Assembly: GCA_049320885.1 (NCBI GenBank)
Contig: JBMORA010000013.1
Location: 1 to 64,000 of the forward strand
DNA length: 64,000 nt
Direction: 5' to 3'
Origin: Thermodesulfobacteriota bacterium
Lineage (GTDB): Bacteria; Desulfobacterota; Desulfobacteria; Desulfobacterales; SURF-7
Positions 9,351 to 18,873 of this stretch are shown piece by piece. The notes beneath the pieces were generated by a model. It searched no databases. It was not told the DNA's origin and worked only from the letters and a program-made list of their open reading frames with translations. Each line of letters starts with the position of its first letter. Position 1 is the stretch's first letter. The position numbers and the translations under genes were made by a program.

Positions 9351-12300
9351 TCAGGAGACCGCCCGATGCCGTTTTTTCCAGAAGCCGTCTACCCGTAACG
9401 TCGCAACGGCCCATTTGCCCCAGGCAAACAGGTTGGCTGCCAGCCACAAGGCCCAGGCGAACATGGCGATGCGGAACAGATACATGGAGCCAGCGATCAC
9501 CCAAGGGCGGGGCGGGCTGCCGCCGGCGCGATCCTGGGTCCAGTGCAGCAATTCCTGCCCGGAGCCGTTTCCGGCCACCTGCATGTCCGGTATTCCCAGC
9601 AGGCCCTGAGCCACCGTTTGATACAAGGATACGATCACGATCAAAGTCCAGACGAGCAGCGCGCATTGCATCAGGTTGAACAGCCAGGTTTTTTTCGGGA
9701 AATACCGCCGGCGAGCTTCCATGACAATAAACCAGGCGACGACCAGAACGCAGGCGATCGCATCCAACGTGATCAAACCGATGCCCAGCAGCAGCCACTG
9801 ATGCGTCGACAGGGGCGCCTTGGCGAATTTTCCCAAAAGGAAAGCGATCAGGATGACGGCGACAATGAAACCCCACATGAGCACGGCCGGCCCCAGACGG
9901 GGGCCGCCGGTCAGCAAAAGCCAGCATCTGGGCGGCAGATGCAGGAACATTTCGATATTGTTCGTATCGGCATTCAGATCAAGTGACGGAAATATCAGCT
10001 TCCGCGGCCGGGCCAATTCGGAAAGCCAGCTTTTCCGGGGACTGGCGGGTAATCGCCATTCCAAATCCACCACCTGATTACCTGGTTGCAAGGGCAGGAA
10101 AATCTTTCGGCTGCCGGTTGAAAGAGGCAGCTTTTTTCCGTCGATGGTCACCTGCTTCAGGACGGCCCCTTCGGGAGGCGTGATGGGATGGGGACCGCCC
10201 CGGCTCGTCCGGATGCGGGTCTGGAGTTGAAGCAAGTGGTGACTTTCACCGATATGAAAATCAACCTTCACGGCATCGATGGTCAGGGATTGGCCGGGAG
10301 CCGGTTCCAAACGGGTAAGCTCGACCTGCAGTTTTTCGCCCGGCCATGGATACCAGACCGAACCGGTGATATCGTCCTCGGCGGCGGCCGGAATCCCTTT
10401 CGCCGTGTAGTGCCACAGCGGGGACGCCTGCAGATGCCAGATTTCCGACCATTGGGCCGAGACCGGCGCTTCCAGGAAGATCTGTCCGGACAGGGGAATG
10501 GAGGACTCCCAGGATATCCGGTTCATATCCGCCGCCATTTCCAGCAACAGCTTGCCCTCTTTGACTTCCAGCCCTTCGGTTCGGACCAGTTCACCGGGAA
10601 GCAGGGGAATGCCCACCGATACGGCCCGCTGGTCCTTGGTCAAAAAGAACCGCTCCACGGACGTGACGACTTTCCATTCCAATCCCAGCATCAGTTCCCG
10701 CTTGATCCGCAGAAAGTCCGTCAGCTGGCTGGCGGCCCCGGTAATGAGGGGTTCCTGGTTATCGGCTTCGGCGGCGTCCCGGTTCAATTGCAGGATATTG
10801 TCCACCTGCTGGCGATCCGTAAGTCCGCTGATCCGCCAGCCCGGGGCGGAGACGGTCACGCGGGACGGTTTCAAGGGGAAAACGAAGCGGAGCTGGCGAC
10901 CGGAGACGCTCCGCCCCTTCAAGAGAACCTTATGCCGGCCTTCCGGAACCAGTAAATACAACGCATTGCCCTCCCTCAGGATGGACGCCTGGGGCAGGCT
11001 GTCCAGAAGAAGATCATAAGGTGTCCAGGATTTTTCGCCGGCCGGAAGGGGAATGACGGTGCGAATGGGGGCGCTGACGGAAAAAAGGATCTCCAGATTC
11101 GGTAGCTCCTCCCCGGCTTCACCGGCGGGGAGCACGTTGACATCCAGATCGGAAATCGCCGCGCAATGGGGGTAACAGTCATGGGGTTTCAGCAACCGCT
11201 TTTCCAGTTCCATCAGCAGGTCGTTTGTCGGAAAAGCCCCGAAGGCATGGGAATGAAAACCCAAAATACAGGCCGCCGGCAACAGGAGGGCGGACCGCCC
11301 GGCCCATTTTTTCCAATGCAGGTGCGCAAAGGGATTGACATTGAAAAAAAACAGCGCCAGCACCAGCACCAGCAGAACCCTGAGGGCGGCAATCAGTGAA
11401 TTGACGGCCGGTGGGAGGAGCCAGAACACCACGGAACTCTCTCCGGTCACCATGCCGTAGCGGATGTCGACGGTATTCCACCGCCAATCGGGAATTCCGG
11501 GACCGGTCTGGGTAATTGTGGCCGCATCCGGCATTGTCCAATATGGCGTCGCAACCTTTTTGGCTTCCGCCGCCTGATACGGCCGGGTGGTTTTTTCCAC
11601 AATCGATGTGAACGGCTGCCGCATTTGTCTTCCAATGGACGGAGCCGGCGCGGTTTCCGCCTTCATCTCCGGAGCCAGCTGCTCCAGGGGCATGACCCAG
11701 CCGTGAATCTCCAGCTGCGGGTACATGGCGGTGCGAAGCTGGGCCAGGGAAAACACCAGGGAATTGGCCGCCAGGAAAAGCAGGACCGCGGAGTGCCAGA
11801 TGGTGATGCTCGTCATCCGCGGGGATGCCGCCGGCATTTCCCGCTGCCGGGCGCGCAAGGCCGTGGTCACGATCAGGACCGCCCAGACATATCCGGGTGC
11901 GTAAGGTTCCTGCCAGGTCAATAACAACCCCACCCAGAAAAGCACCCCCCACTTCCAGTTGCGCAGTTTTCCGATCCCCATGGCAATGATCAGAATGATG
12001 AAAAAATCCAGGAGCGTCCACTGGGTGATCCAGGCCGCCCCTTCGGGAACGATCCCTCCTTTGACACCCAGCAATCGCCAGCCGGGCGGCAAGTGCACGG
12101 TGCCTTCCGCTTCCTGGAATTCACAGTTCCAGCCGATCCGGAAAGGACGGCCGGACACCAGATGTTCCAGTCGCGACACGGCGCTGAATTCCACCGGACC
12201 TTTTTCCATTTCCATACCGGTTCGATCCGTTCCAAACCGCGTGACCAGTTGATCATTCCCTTCCCGAATCAGACGTCCGAGAGTATACGTCGAAGGCTCT

Positions 12301-13433
12301 AGGCCGATGAACCGGCGCATGCCGTTCTTGCCGATGATCCGGTCCCTCACGGTGGCGCCCCCGCCGTCGAAATCCAGCCACATTTCCCTGTGCAGGCGCA
12401 TGGAATCCGGGGTTGTCGGAGAAACCCCGCGCTGGGATTCACGGATAAGGGCATGGTCGTTTCCGGTGGCCAGAAAAGCGGCATATTGCCTCCACTCCAG
12501 GGGCAGGGTGGTCTGGGTGGGATCGATGGGTTTCAGGCCCTCCATGGCCGCCATCCGCAAATGGGGCATGGGTTTATACACCCAGATTTCGTTGCCGTAG
12601 GGAACCTCAACCGGACCGATATCCGTGACCACGGCGTTGATCACGGCCACCAGCTGGATATCCCATTGCCCCGGTTTTACTTCCACCCACACCTCTCCTT
12701 TTTCCGCCAGCCTGGCCGGAAGAGGACTGGAAAGCTGCACGGGCCTGGAATCGGGGAGCAGCAGGGAGGAGATTTTTTCGCGGCGCCTTTCCCCCGACAC
12801 CGTTAGCCGGATGAGGGTCGTGACGGTGAACGGTGCATTGTCTTCCATCAATCGGAACACCTGGACCTGCAGGCTGTTTTTTTCCCGGGAATGTTCGGAC
12901 AGGTCTTTTTGTTTTTGAATCCAAATCCGGTTGTCCTCGTCCAGGAAAGGACTGCCGATCTTTTCCCCGTTCACTTTCAGGGAGATCAGACCCGAAAGGG
13001 AGGGAATCCGGAACGTCTGGGGCAACTGCTTCCACTTGAATTCACCGGCCGCGGCATACCGTCCCTTGGAAACGAATACAGCGGGAAAGCCGTCGTGAAG
13101 CACCACGGGAGCCGCCTCGTTGTTCAGGGTCACATTCTGCGGCCAATCGTCCTTGTCTCCGGGAAGCGGCAACCAACCAGGGGCCAGGATCGTCCAGTTC
13201 TGTTTGAACACGCCGCCCCCCGGACCCATGTCCAACTCCAGGGTTTCCGGCCAGGCACACTGATGGACATCGGCCTTGTCATGCATCGAAGGGCATGACA
13301 GCTCCTCCTTTTCGTACAGCACCCAGTCCCGCCAGGGGGCCAGTTCTGCGGGTAGAGGTATCGGAAGTTCGGACCAGACGGCATCCGGAAAGCAGCATGC
13401 GAGCAGTGTCAGAAACAGGCAGAATCTGTTCAT
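9351..13433 (-). CDS. Large exported/integral membrane protein of unknown function (1360 aa) built from two homologous halves
   Basis: Long ORF with host-like codon usage, N-terminal signal peptide, two clusters of hydrophobic helices, collinear repeated motifs. Confidence 0.85.
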   Translation of the reverse strand: MNRFCLFLTLLACCFPDAVWSELPIPLPAELAPWRDWVLYEKEELSCPSMHDKADVHQCAWPETLELDMGPGGGVFKQNWTILAPGWLPLPGDKDDWPQNVTLNNEAAPVVLHDGFPAVFVSKGRYAAAGEFKWKQLPQTFRIPSLSGLISLKVNGEKIGSPFLDEDNRIWIQKQKDLSEHSREKNSLQVQVFRLMEDNAPFTVTTLIRLTVSGERRREKISSLLLPDSRPVQLSSPLPARLAEKGEVWVEVKPGQWDIQLVAVINAVVTDIGPVEVPYGNEIWVYKPMPHLRMAAMEGLKPIDPTQTTLPLEWRQYAAFLATGNDHALIRESQRGVSPTTPDSMRLHREMWLDFDGGGATVRDRIIGKNGMRRFIGLEPSTYTLGRLIREGNDQLVTRFGTDRTGMEMEKGPVEFSAVSRLEHLVSGRPFRIGWNCEFQEAEGTVHLPPGWRLLGVKGGIVPEGAAWITQWTLLDFFIILIIAMGIGKLRNWKWGVLFWVGLLLTWQEPYAPGYVWAVLIVTTALRARQREMPAASPRMTSITIWHSAVLLFLAANSLVFSLAQLRTAMYPQLEIHGWVMPLEQLAPEMKAETAPAPSIGRQMRQPFTSIVEKTTRPYQAAEAKKVATPYWTMPDAATITQTGPGIPDWRWNTVDIRYGMVTGESSVVFWLLPPAVNSLIAALRVLLVLVLALFFFNVNPFAHLHWKKWAGRSALLLPAACILGFHSHAFGAFPTNDLLMELEKRLLKPHDCYPHCAAISDLDVNVLPAGEAGEELPNLEILFSVSAPIRTVIPLPAGEKSWTPYDLLLDSLPQASILREGNALYLLVPEGRHKVLLKGRSVSGRQLRFVFPLKPSRVTVSAPGWRISGLTDRQQVDNILQLNRDAAEADNQEPLITGAASQLTDFLRIKRELMLGLEWKVVTSVERFFLTKDQRAVSVGIPLLPGELVRTEGLEVKEGKLLLEMAADMNRISWESSIPLSGQIFLEAPVSAQWSEIWHLQASPLWHYTAKGIPAAAEDDITGSVWYPWPGEKLQVELTRLEPAPGQSLTIDAVKVDFHIGESHHLLQLQTRIRTSRGGPHPITPPEGAVLKQVTIDGKKLPLSTGSRKIFLPLQPGNQVVDLEWRLPASPRKSWLSELARPRKLIFPSLDLNADTNNIEMFLHLPPRCWLLLTGGPRLGPAVLMWGFIVAVILIAFLLGKFAKAPLSTHQWLLLGIGLITLDAIACVLVVAWFIVMEARRRYFPKKTWLFNLMQCALLVWTLIVIVSLYQTVAQGLLGIPDMQVAGNGSGQELLHWTQDRAGGSPPRPWVIAGSMYLFRIAMFAWALWLAANLFAWGKWAVATLRVDGFWKKRHRAVS

Positions 13434-13782
13434 GGTCAGTCACCTTGGCTTGATGGCGTCGAATGGGATGGAATGCAAGGTATATATCCTAGTCCGGATG
13501 GACGTTCAACATCAATTGCATTCCGCCGACAATTTAAATCTGTTTGAAAACTATATAGTTGTCTTCCCGTCGGGGATTGCGGGGAATGGAAAAAAGATTT
13601 GCAAATAGCGCGCGGAGCATTTATGATACCATTCAATTCAATGGCCTTCGGCCACCTGAGCCGTGGGTCAGGGAAATTCAGTTTGGGGCAGCATCAAAAA
13701 AGGCGTCCGTTTTTTTCAGTCCGGTAGGTTCAACAGGGCAGCAGTTCTTTTTTACCGGGAATCCAGAGTCGAGGAAAAGGTC

Positions 13783-14244
13783 ATGCGGGCGGAACACATC
13801 AATCCGTTTATTCACGCCATGGTGAATGTATTGAAAACCATGGCCTCCATCCAGGCGAAACCGGATAAGCCCTACCTGAAAAAGGACGATACCGCCACTG
13901 GCGACGTCAGCAGCATTGTGGGATTGACCGGCATTCCCGCCGGTTCCTTTTCGCTGAGTTTTGAAAAAAAATGCATCCTGAAAATCGCTTCCAACATGTT
14001 CATGGAAGAAGTCACGGAACTCAACAGCTATACGGTGGACGCCGTCGGTGAACTGGCCAACATGGTTTCGGGCCAGGCGCGCATGAAGCTGGAAGCGAAC
14101 GGCTATTTATGCAACGGCGCCATTCCCACCGTGGCCCGGGGAGAGGGCCACCAGTTGCGTCATTTGACGGATGGCCCCAAAATCGCCATACCGTTCACAA
14201 CGCCGGACGGAAAATTTTCCATGGAAGTGTGTTTTGAAAGATGA
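13783..14244 (+). CDS. cheX: Chemotaxis phosphatase CheX family protein
   Basis: INPFI..., GDVSSIVGLTG, DAVGELANMVSG (ExxN), IPFTT; ATG at 13783 with GAGG/AAGG upstream. Confidence 0.9.
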   Translation: MRAEHINPFIHAMVNVLKTMASIQAKPDKPYLKKDDTATGDVSSIVGLTGIPAGSFSLSFEKKCILKIASNMFMEEVTELNSYTVDAVGELANMVSGQARMKLEANGYLCNGAIPTVARGEGHQLRHLTDGPKIAIPFTTPDGKFSMEVCFER

Positions 14245-14283
14245 CGAACCGGGGTTCGCCGGTGGACGGCGATGGGAACGCCG

Positions 14284-14811
14284 TTATTGGCGGATGAAGA
14301 TCTGGGTGAAATAATAAACGCCCGTATTGCTGACACCGACCCCCACGCCTGTCAGGTCGAAATCCCCCTCGATATTGGCCAAATGCCCCGGACTCTCCAG
14401 CCAGCTTTGAACCGCCACGGAAGCCGGATCGCCATAATTGTTGTAGGCCACATTTTCGGCGGCCGCGCTGACCGAAATGGACTCCCCGATGGCATCGACC
14501 CGATCCTCGAACCCGTCATGACCGAAGGCCGTCCGGCCGTCAGCCATGTCCATGCTGTGGATGCGGCAATAGGTCGCGATGGTCTCGTCCCATTCCAGAT
14601 CCGGCAGCCCCTGAAGCCGGCGATACCGGTTGATCTGGCTGTATACGTCCGCTTCCATGCCGTCAACGGTCTCGCCCGCGGGCGGATCCGAGTCGGTGCT
14701 GTCACCGCAGCCGTTCCCCATCCAGAGCGCCGGCAGTAAAACCAGCCAGGGAATCAACACCCGGGAAATTAAAACCATGTGTCTCTGCATCAGGTTGGAC
14801 GACGGTTGCAT
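14284..14811 (-). CDS. CAP/SCP domain protein, probable lipoprotein
   Basis: INRYR, HSMDMA, AAENVA and WLESPGHLANI CAP motifs; hydrophobic N-terminus ending in GNGC. Confidence 0.88.
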   Translation of the reverse strand: MQPSSNLMQRHMVLISRVLIPWLVLLPALWMGNGCGDSTDSDPPAGETVDGMEADVYSQINRYRRLQGLPDLEWDETIATYCRIHSMDMADGRTAFGHDGFEDRVDAIGESISVSAAAENVAYNNYGDPASVAVQSWLESPGHLANIEGDFDLTGVGVGVSNTGVYYFTQIFIRQ

Positions 14812-14872
14812 GGGGCCCCTTCTAACAGAAAACGGGTTTCGGTTGCTTCAACCGGAACCGCCGACGCCGGCG

Positions 14873-15358
14873 TCAGGTGCCGAAATCAAACAGCAGATAG
14901 GCGCCCAGTTTATCATAATGCTCCTTGGTGACGAATTCGGCGCCGAGGAACAGGTCATGGACGCTGCGGACAACAACTTCCTTGGAGACAACCGAGCGTT
15001 GCTTGTCGTCCAGGGTAAATTCCAGCAGAAGCTTTTCGCCGACCTTGATATCCGCTTTGAAATTCAATTTGAGGCGAAGCCCGGAGCGGGACAGATCCGT
15101 AACGGACATGGATGCCCGGTTGGAACCCTTGCTTTGGATGTAATGACCCGGGAGATTGAGATTCTTGCGCACATGCTTCCTGCGCTCCAGCAGAACCGTG
15201 TAGGTATGACCGCAGGGACATTTCAATTTCACCCGGACAGCGGTTTCTATGTGCTTGTAGCGGGACACATCGGCTGTCTTCGATTTGTCGCATTCCGGAC
15301 AACGGAATGTGGCCATATTGTTTTCACCGATATACACTTTTTCCGGCATCGCATTCAC
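14873..15358 (-). CDS. PilZ domain protein with N-terminal Cys4 zinc-ribbon-like region
   Basis: ERRKHVRK (RxxxR) and DLSRSG (DxSxxG) c-di-GMP-binding motifs; CPEC...CPCG. Confidence 0.85.
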   Translation of the reverse strand: MNAMPEKVYIGENNMATFRCPECDKSKTADVSRYKHIETAVRVKLKCPCGHTYTVLLERRKHVRKNLNLPGHYIQSKGSNRASMSVTDLSRSGLRLKLNFKADIKVGEKLLLEFTLDDKQRSVVSKEVVVRSVHDLFLGAEFVTKEHYDKLGAYLLFDFGT

Positions 15359-15404
15359 CTAATTGTTGGTTTTATTTGGCGCATATCACAAAATCGGCCG
15401 GAGA

Positions 15405-16022
15405 TCAAATGCCGGTTTCCTGGTCGTGGGCGCCCCATTCCGCCGCCAGGTCATGGGGGATGCCCAAATGATCCAGAATCCGGGCGACGACGGTATCCAC
15501 CAGCTCCGGTATGGACCCGGGATTCGAATAAAACGACGGCATGGCCGGCATGACGGTCGCGCCTGCCCGGCTCACCCGGCACATATTTTCCAGATGAATC
15601 AAATTCAAGGGTGTTTCCCGGGGCACCAGAATCAGCGGTCGCTTTTCCTTCAGGCACACGTCGGCGGCCCTGTGGATGACGGTTTCCGCGATACCGGCCG
15701 AAATGGCGGCAAGGGTTTTCATGGAACAGGGGGCGATCACCATGCCGTCGTGTCGGAAGGAACCGCTGGCCGGAGGGGCGAACAGGTCGCCGGCGCCATG
15801 GAGGGAAAGCCTCGCCTGGGGATGGATGCCGGCAATCTTTCTTCCGATATATCCCAGGGGATCTTCCGGATCACAATCGGTTTCATGGCGCATGACCAGT
15901 TTCCCGACCTCGGAGATGATCAGCGAAATCCGGACCGGTTTCTCCATCAGCGCCTGCAAGAGACGAAGGCCATAGATGATCCCCGATGCCCCACAAATCC
16001 CGACGATGATTTTTTTGGACAT
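15405..16022 (-). CDS. ubiX: UbiX family flavin prenyltransferase
   Basis: GICGASG, ASGSF, IAPCSMKTL, RAADVCLKE, PRETP, PSFY; ATG at 16022, 1 nt after the upstream stop. Confidence 0.94.
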   Translation of the reverse strand: MSKKIIVGICGASGIIYGLRLLQALMEKPVRISLIISEVGKLVMRHETDCDPEDPLGYIGRKIAGIHPQARLSLHGAGDLFAPPASGSFRHDGMVIAPCSMKTLAAISAGIAETVIHRAADVCLKEKRPLILVPRETPLNLIHLENMCRVSRAGATVMPAMPSFYSNPGSIPELVDTVVARILDHLGIPHDLAAEWGAHDQETGI

Positions 16023-16023
16023 A

Positions 16024-16917
16024 TCAACCCCTGAACAGGGTATCCAAAAGGATCCCCGCAAGCAAAATGAGTGAGATGGCGCTGTTCATATGAAAAAAGG
16101 CCACGTGGACGCGGCTGAGATTTTCCGGATGCACCAGCCGGTGTTCGGCGGCGAACAGGATCCCGATCACCACCACCGCCAGGAGGTAAACGGCGCCCAG
16201 ATCGAACAGCGGCTTCATCCCCAGAAGAAACAGAAAGGAGAAGATATGCAGACCGGCGGAAATGGCCAGGGCCTTGCGGACCCCCAGGCGAGCGGGGATG
16301 GACTGAAGGCCGGCCCGGCGGTCGAATTGAATATCCTGGCAGGCATACAGGATGTCGAATCCGGCTATGTACGTCAGAAGCGCCAGGCACAGAAGAAGAA
16401 CAGCCCAGGAAAACCGCCCGGTCATGCCGATCCAGGCCCCCAGGGGGGCGAGGGAGATGACGAAACCGAGATAGAAATGACAAAAAAGAGTGAAGCGTTT
16501 GGTATAGGAGTAGGAAAAAAGGAGGGCGAGCACCGGAAAGGAAAGATAAAAGCACAGGGACCCCAGCATGGCCGAGGCCAGAATGAACAGAAGGGAAAAA
16601 AACACCACAAAACGCCAGGCGGCATTTTTACTGAGTTTGCCCCGGGGTATTTCGCGACATGCCGTCCGGGGATTGTCACGGTCGAAGTCGGCATCCACGA
16701 TCCGGTTGAAACCCATGGAAGCACTGCGTGCTCCCACCATGGCGATGACGATCCAGAAAAGGGCGGCGATGGAAAAAATGTTCTGGCGATACGCCAGCAC
16801 CACCGCGGAAAGGGCGAATGGCAGGGCGAACACCGTGTGGGTGAATTTGATCATCCGGGCGTAATCAAGGCCGCGTGAATACAACAATCCTGGCTGAGGT
16901 TTCATGGATGTTTCCAT
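16024..16917 (-). CDS. UbiA family prenyltransferase, MqnP-like (futalosine menaquinone pathway type)
   Basis: MIKFTHTVFALPF, NRIVDADFDRDNPRT, YSYTKRF, FDILYACQD; multiple TM helices; start uncertain (16917 or 16905). Confidence 0.88.
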   Translation of the reverse strand: METSMKPQPGLLYSRGLDYARMIKFTHTVFALPFALSAVVLAYRQNIFSIAALFWIVIAMVGARSASMGFNRIVDADFDRDNPRTACREIPRGKLSKNAAWRFVVFFSLLFILASAMLGSLCFYLSFPVLALLFSYSYTKRFTLFCHFYLGFVISLAPLGAWIGMTGRFSWAVLLLCLALLTYIAGFDILYACQDIQFDRRAGLQSIPARLGVRKALAISAGLHIFSFLFLLGMKPLFDLGAVYLLAVVVIGILFAAEHRLVHPENLSRVHVAFFHMNSAISLILLAGILLDTLFRG

Positions 16918-16927
16918 CGGTCCCTGA

Positions 16928-17956
16928 TCATGATAACTCCACGCCGTGGATGCTGGATTGACAGGCAGGACAGCGGCCGGCAGCGATCCGGTTTTGCCGA
17001 ATGGTGTATCCATAGCGCTCAATCAACAGACCGCCGCAGGCGCCGCAGAAGGTGCTTTCTCCCTTTTCTCCCGGGGTATTCCCGCAATACACATGGGCGA
17101 GTCCCGCCGCAAGGCCGATATCCCTGGCTTCCAGAATGCCGGCCAGCGGTGTCGCCGGGCGGTCGGTCAGGCGATAGGTGGGATGAAATCGACTGATATG
17201 CCAGGGGGTTTCGGGCCCCAGGGAGGTGACGATGAAGTCGGCAAGGGCGGCCAACTCCCGGGGATCGTCATTCAGTCCGGGGATCAGCAGGGTCGTGATT
17301 TCCACCAGGATGCCGCGTTTTTTCATATCCACCAGAGTCGCTTTCACCGGTTCCAGGCGAGCGCCGCAGTATTCCCGATAAAAATCATCCCGAAAGGCCT
17401 TGAGATCCACATTGGCGGCGTCGAGGAAAGGGGCCGCCATCTCTATCGCCTCGGCGCTCATATACCCATTGGTGACGAACACATTTTTCAATCCCCTGGC
17501 GCGGGCCAGCCGGGCCGTGTCCAGGGCATACTCGAAATACACCGTGGGTTCGGTATAGGTGTAGGCAATACTGCGACAACCGGTTTCAGCGGCTTCTTCC
17601 ACGATGACTGCCGGCAAAACCGGTTCCCCCACAATCCGGCCGTTATGATCAGCCGGCATCTGGGCGATATCGGCGTTTTGGCAAAACCGACAGGTAAAAT
17701 TGCAGCCCACCGTGGCGATGGAATAGGATCGGCTGCCGGGCGCCAGGTGAAAGATGGGCTTTTTTTCAATGGGATCGATATGCCGGGCGATCAACCGCCC
17801 GTACACCAGGGACTCGAGAGTTCCGGAACGGTTCTCCCGCACCCCGCAGCGCCCCCGATCGCCGTCGCTGATGACGCATCGATGGCTGCATAAATCGCAG
17901 CGCACTTTGTTTCCCTTCAGACGTTCATATAAGAGAGCTTCCATCAGGATCTCCAT
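16928..17956 (-). CDS. amrS: AmmeMemoRadiSam system radical SAM enzyme
   Basis: N-terminal CDLCSHRC...CGVR, DPIEKKP, CNFTCRFC (CxxxCxxC), YTYTEP, PWHISRFHP, C-terminal CGAC/CPAC. Confidence 0.9.
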   Translation of the reverse strand: MEILMEALLYERLKGNKVRCDLCSHRCVISDGDRGRCGVRENRSGTLESLVYGRLIARHIDPIEKKPIFHLAPGSRSYSIATVGCNFTCRFCQNADIAQMPADHNGRIVGEPVLPAVIVEEAAETGCRSIAYTYTEPTVYFEYALDTARLARARGLKNVFVTNGYMSAEAIEMAAPFLDAANVDLKAFRDDFYREYCGARLEPVKATLVDMKKRGILVEITTLLIPGLNDDPRELAALADFIVTSLGPETPWHISRFHPTYRLTDRPATPLAGILEARDIGLAAGLAHVYCGNTPGEKGESTFCGACGGLLIERYGYTIRQNRIAAGRCPACQSSIHGVELS

Positions 17957-17967
17957 CTGCTCTGGTT

Positions 17968-18786
17968 TCAGGAACCGGGCGGATTCCCACTGTTATTCTC
18001 CGGAAGCATCTCCCGGGGCCGGCACCTGGCGCTCCCGACGCATCCGGACATGGCGCCGGCCGGGGACTGGGCCCGGTTTTTGATGGTCAAGGGCCGGGTC
18101 CGGTAGCGGGGGACAAGGGTCACGACCATCCCGGCGAAAGCGCCGAAGGGAAGTCTCTGGACCAGACCTGAATTTTCAATCACCCGGGCGATGATACCCG
18201 AATGAAGGGGGGTGTGGCAAACCGTCCGCCAGGTGATCGGCACGGGTCCCAACAGGGATCGCACCAGCTGTTTCAGTTCCCAGATGCTGTAAAATCGCGC
18301 CCGGTTGTAGATGGATTCCGTAAACATGCCTCTGACCCGGTGCTGAAGACTCTTCAGGGCATACCGGTTGAGGACGCCGATGAAAATCCGGTCTTTTGCC
18401 ACCCGGGCCGCTTCCGCGATGGCCCGGCGGGGGTTGTCGACGAATTCCAGGGACGTGAAAAAACAGGCATGATGGAACGAATTGTCCTCAAACGGCAGAT
18501 CCTCGGCCACCCCCCGATGAAAATCAACCCGTTGTTGAAATCGTTCCTGGGCTATATCCAGCATATAGGGAGATGGATCCAGCCCCGTGACCTTCAGACC
18601 CATGTCCAGCAGCGCCGCCAGACTCTCACCGATGCCGCAGCCGATGTCCAGAACAGTTTCCTGCCGGGCGGGCCGCAGCAAGGATCCCATCAGCCGTTTC
18701 TCCAGGTCCATGGCGAAGAGATTTCGCCCGCTCGCCTGCCGGGCTTCACATGCTTTGGCGTCATGAAAATCGAATACGTATCCCAT
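17968..18786 (-). CDS. Class I SAM-dependent methyltransferase
   Basis: VLDIGCGIG motif I, GLDPSPYML, AEDLPFEDNSF; start placed at MGYVFDF. Confidence 0.85.
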   Translation of the reverse strand: MGYVFDFHDAKACEARQASGRNLFAMDLEKRLMGSLLRPARQETVLDIGCGIGESLAALLDMGLKVTGLDPSPYMLDIAQERFQQRVDFHRGVAEDLPFEDNSFHHACFFTSLEFVDNPRRAIAEAARVAKDRIFIGVLNRYALKSLQHRVRGMFTESIYNRARFYSIWELKQLVRSLLGPVPITWRTVCHTPLHSGIIARVIENSGLVQRLPFGAFAGMVVTLVPRYRTRPLTIKNRAQSPAGAMSGCVGSARCRPREMLPENNSGNPPGS

Positions 18787-18873
18787 GGGCGCCTTTGTAG
18801 AAGAAAACCGTAATTTAATCAAGGCGAAAGCAATGAAAAAGCGAATTGGCGCCTAACCGGCGATTCCCCGGGT

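Noticed and set aside
13560..13782. Possible c-di-GMP riboswitch upstream of cheX (also checked upstream of the MCP gene)
   Set aside because: No GEMM-type GGCAAA/GNRA tetraloop-receptor arrangement could be identified by eye.
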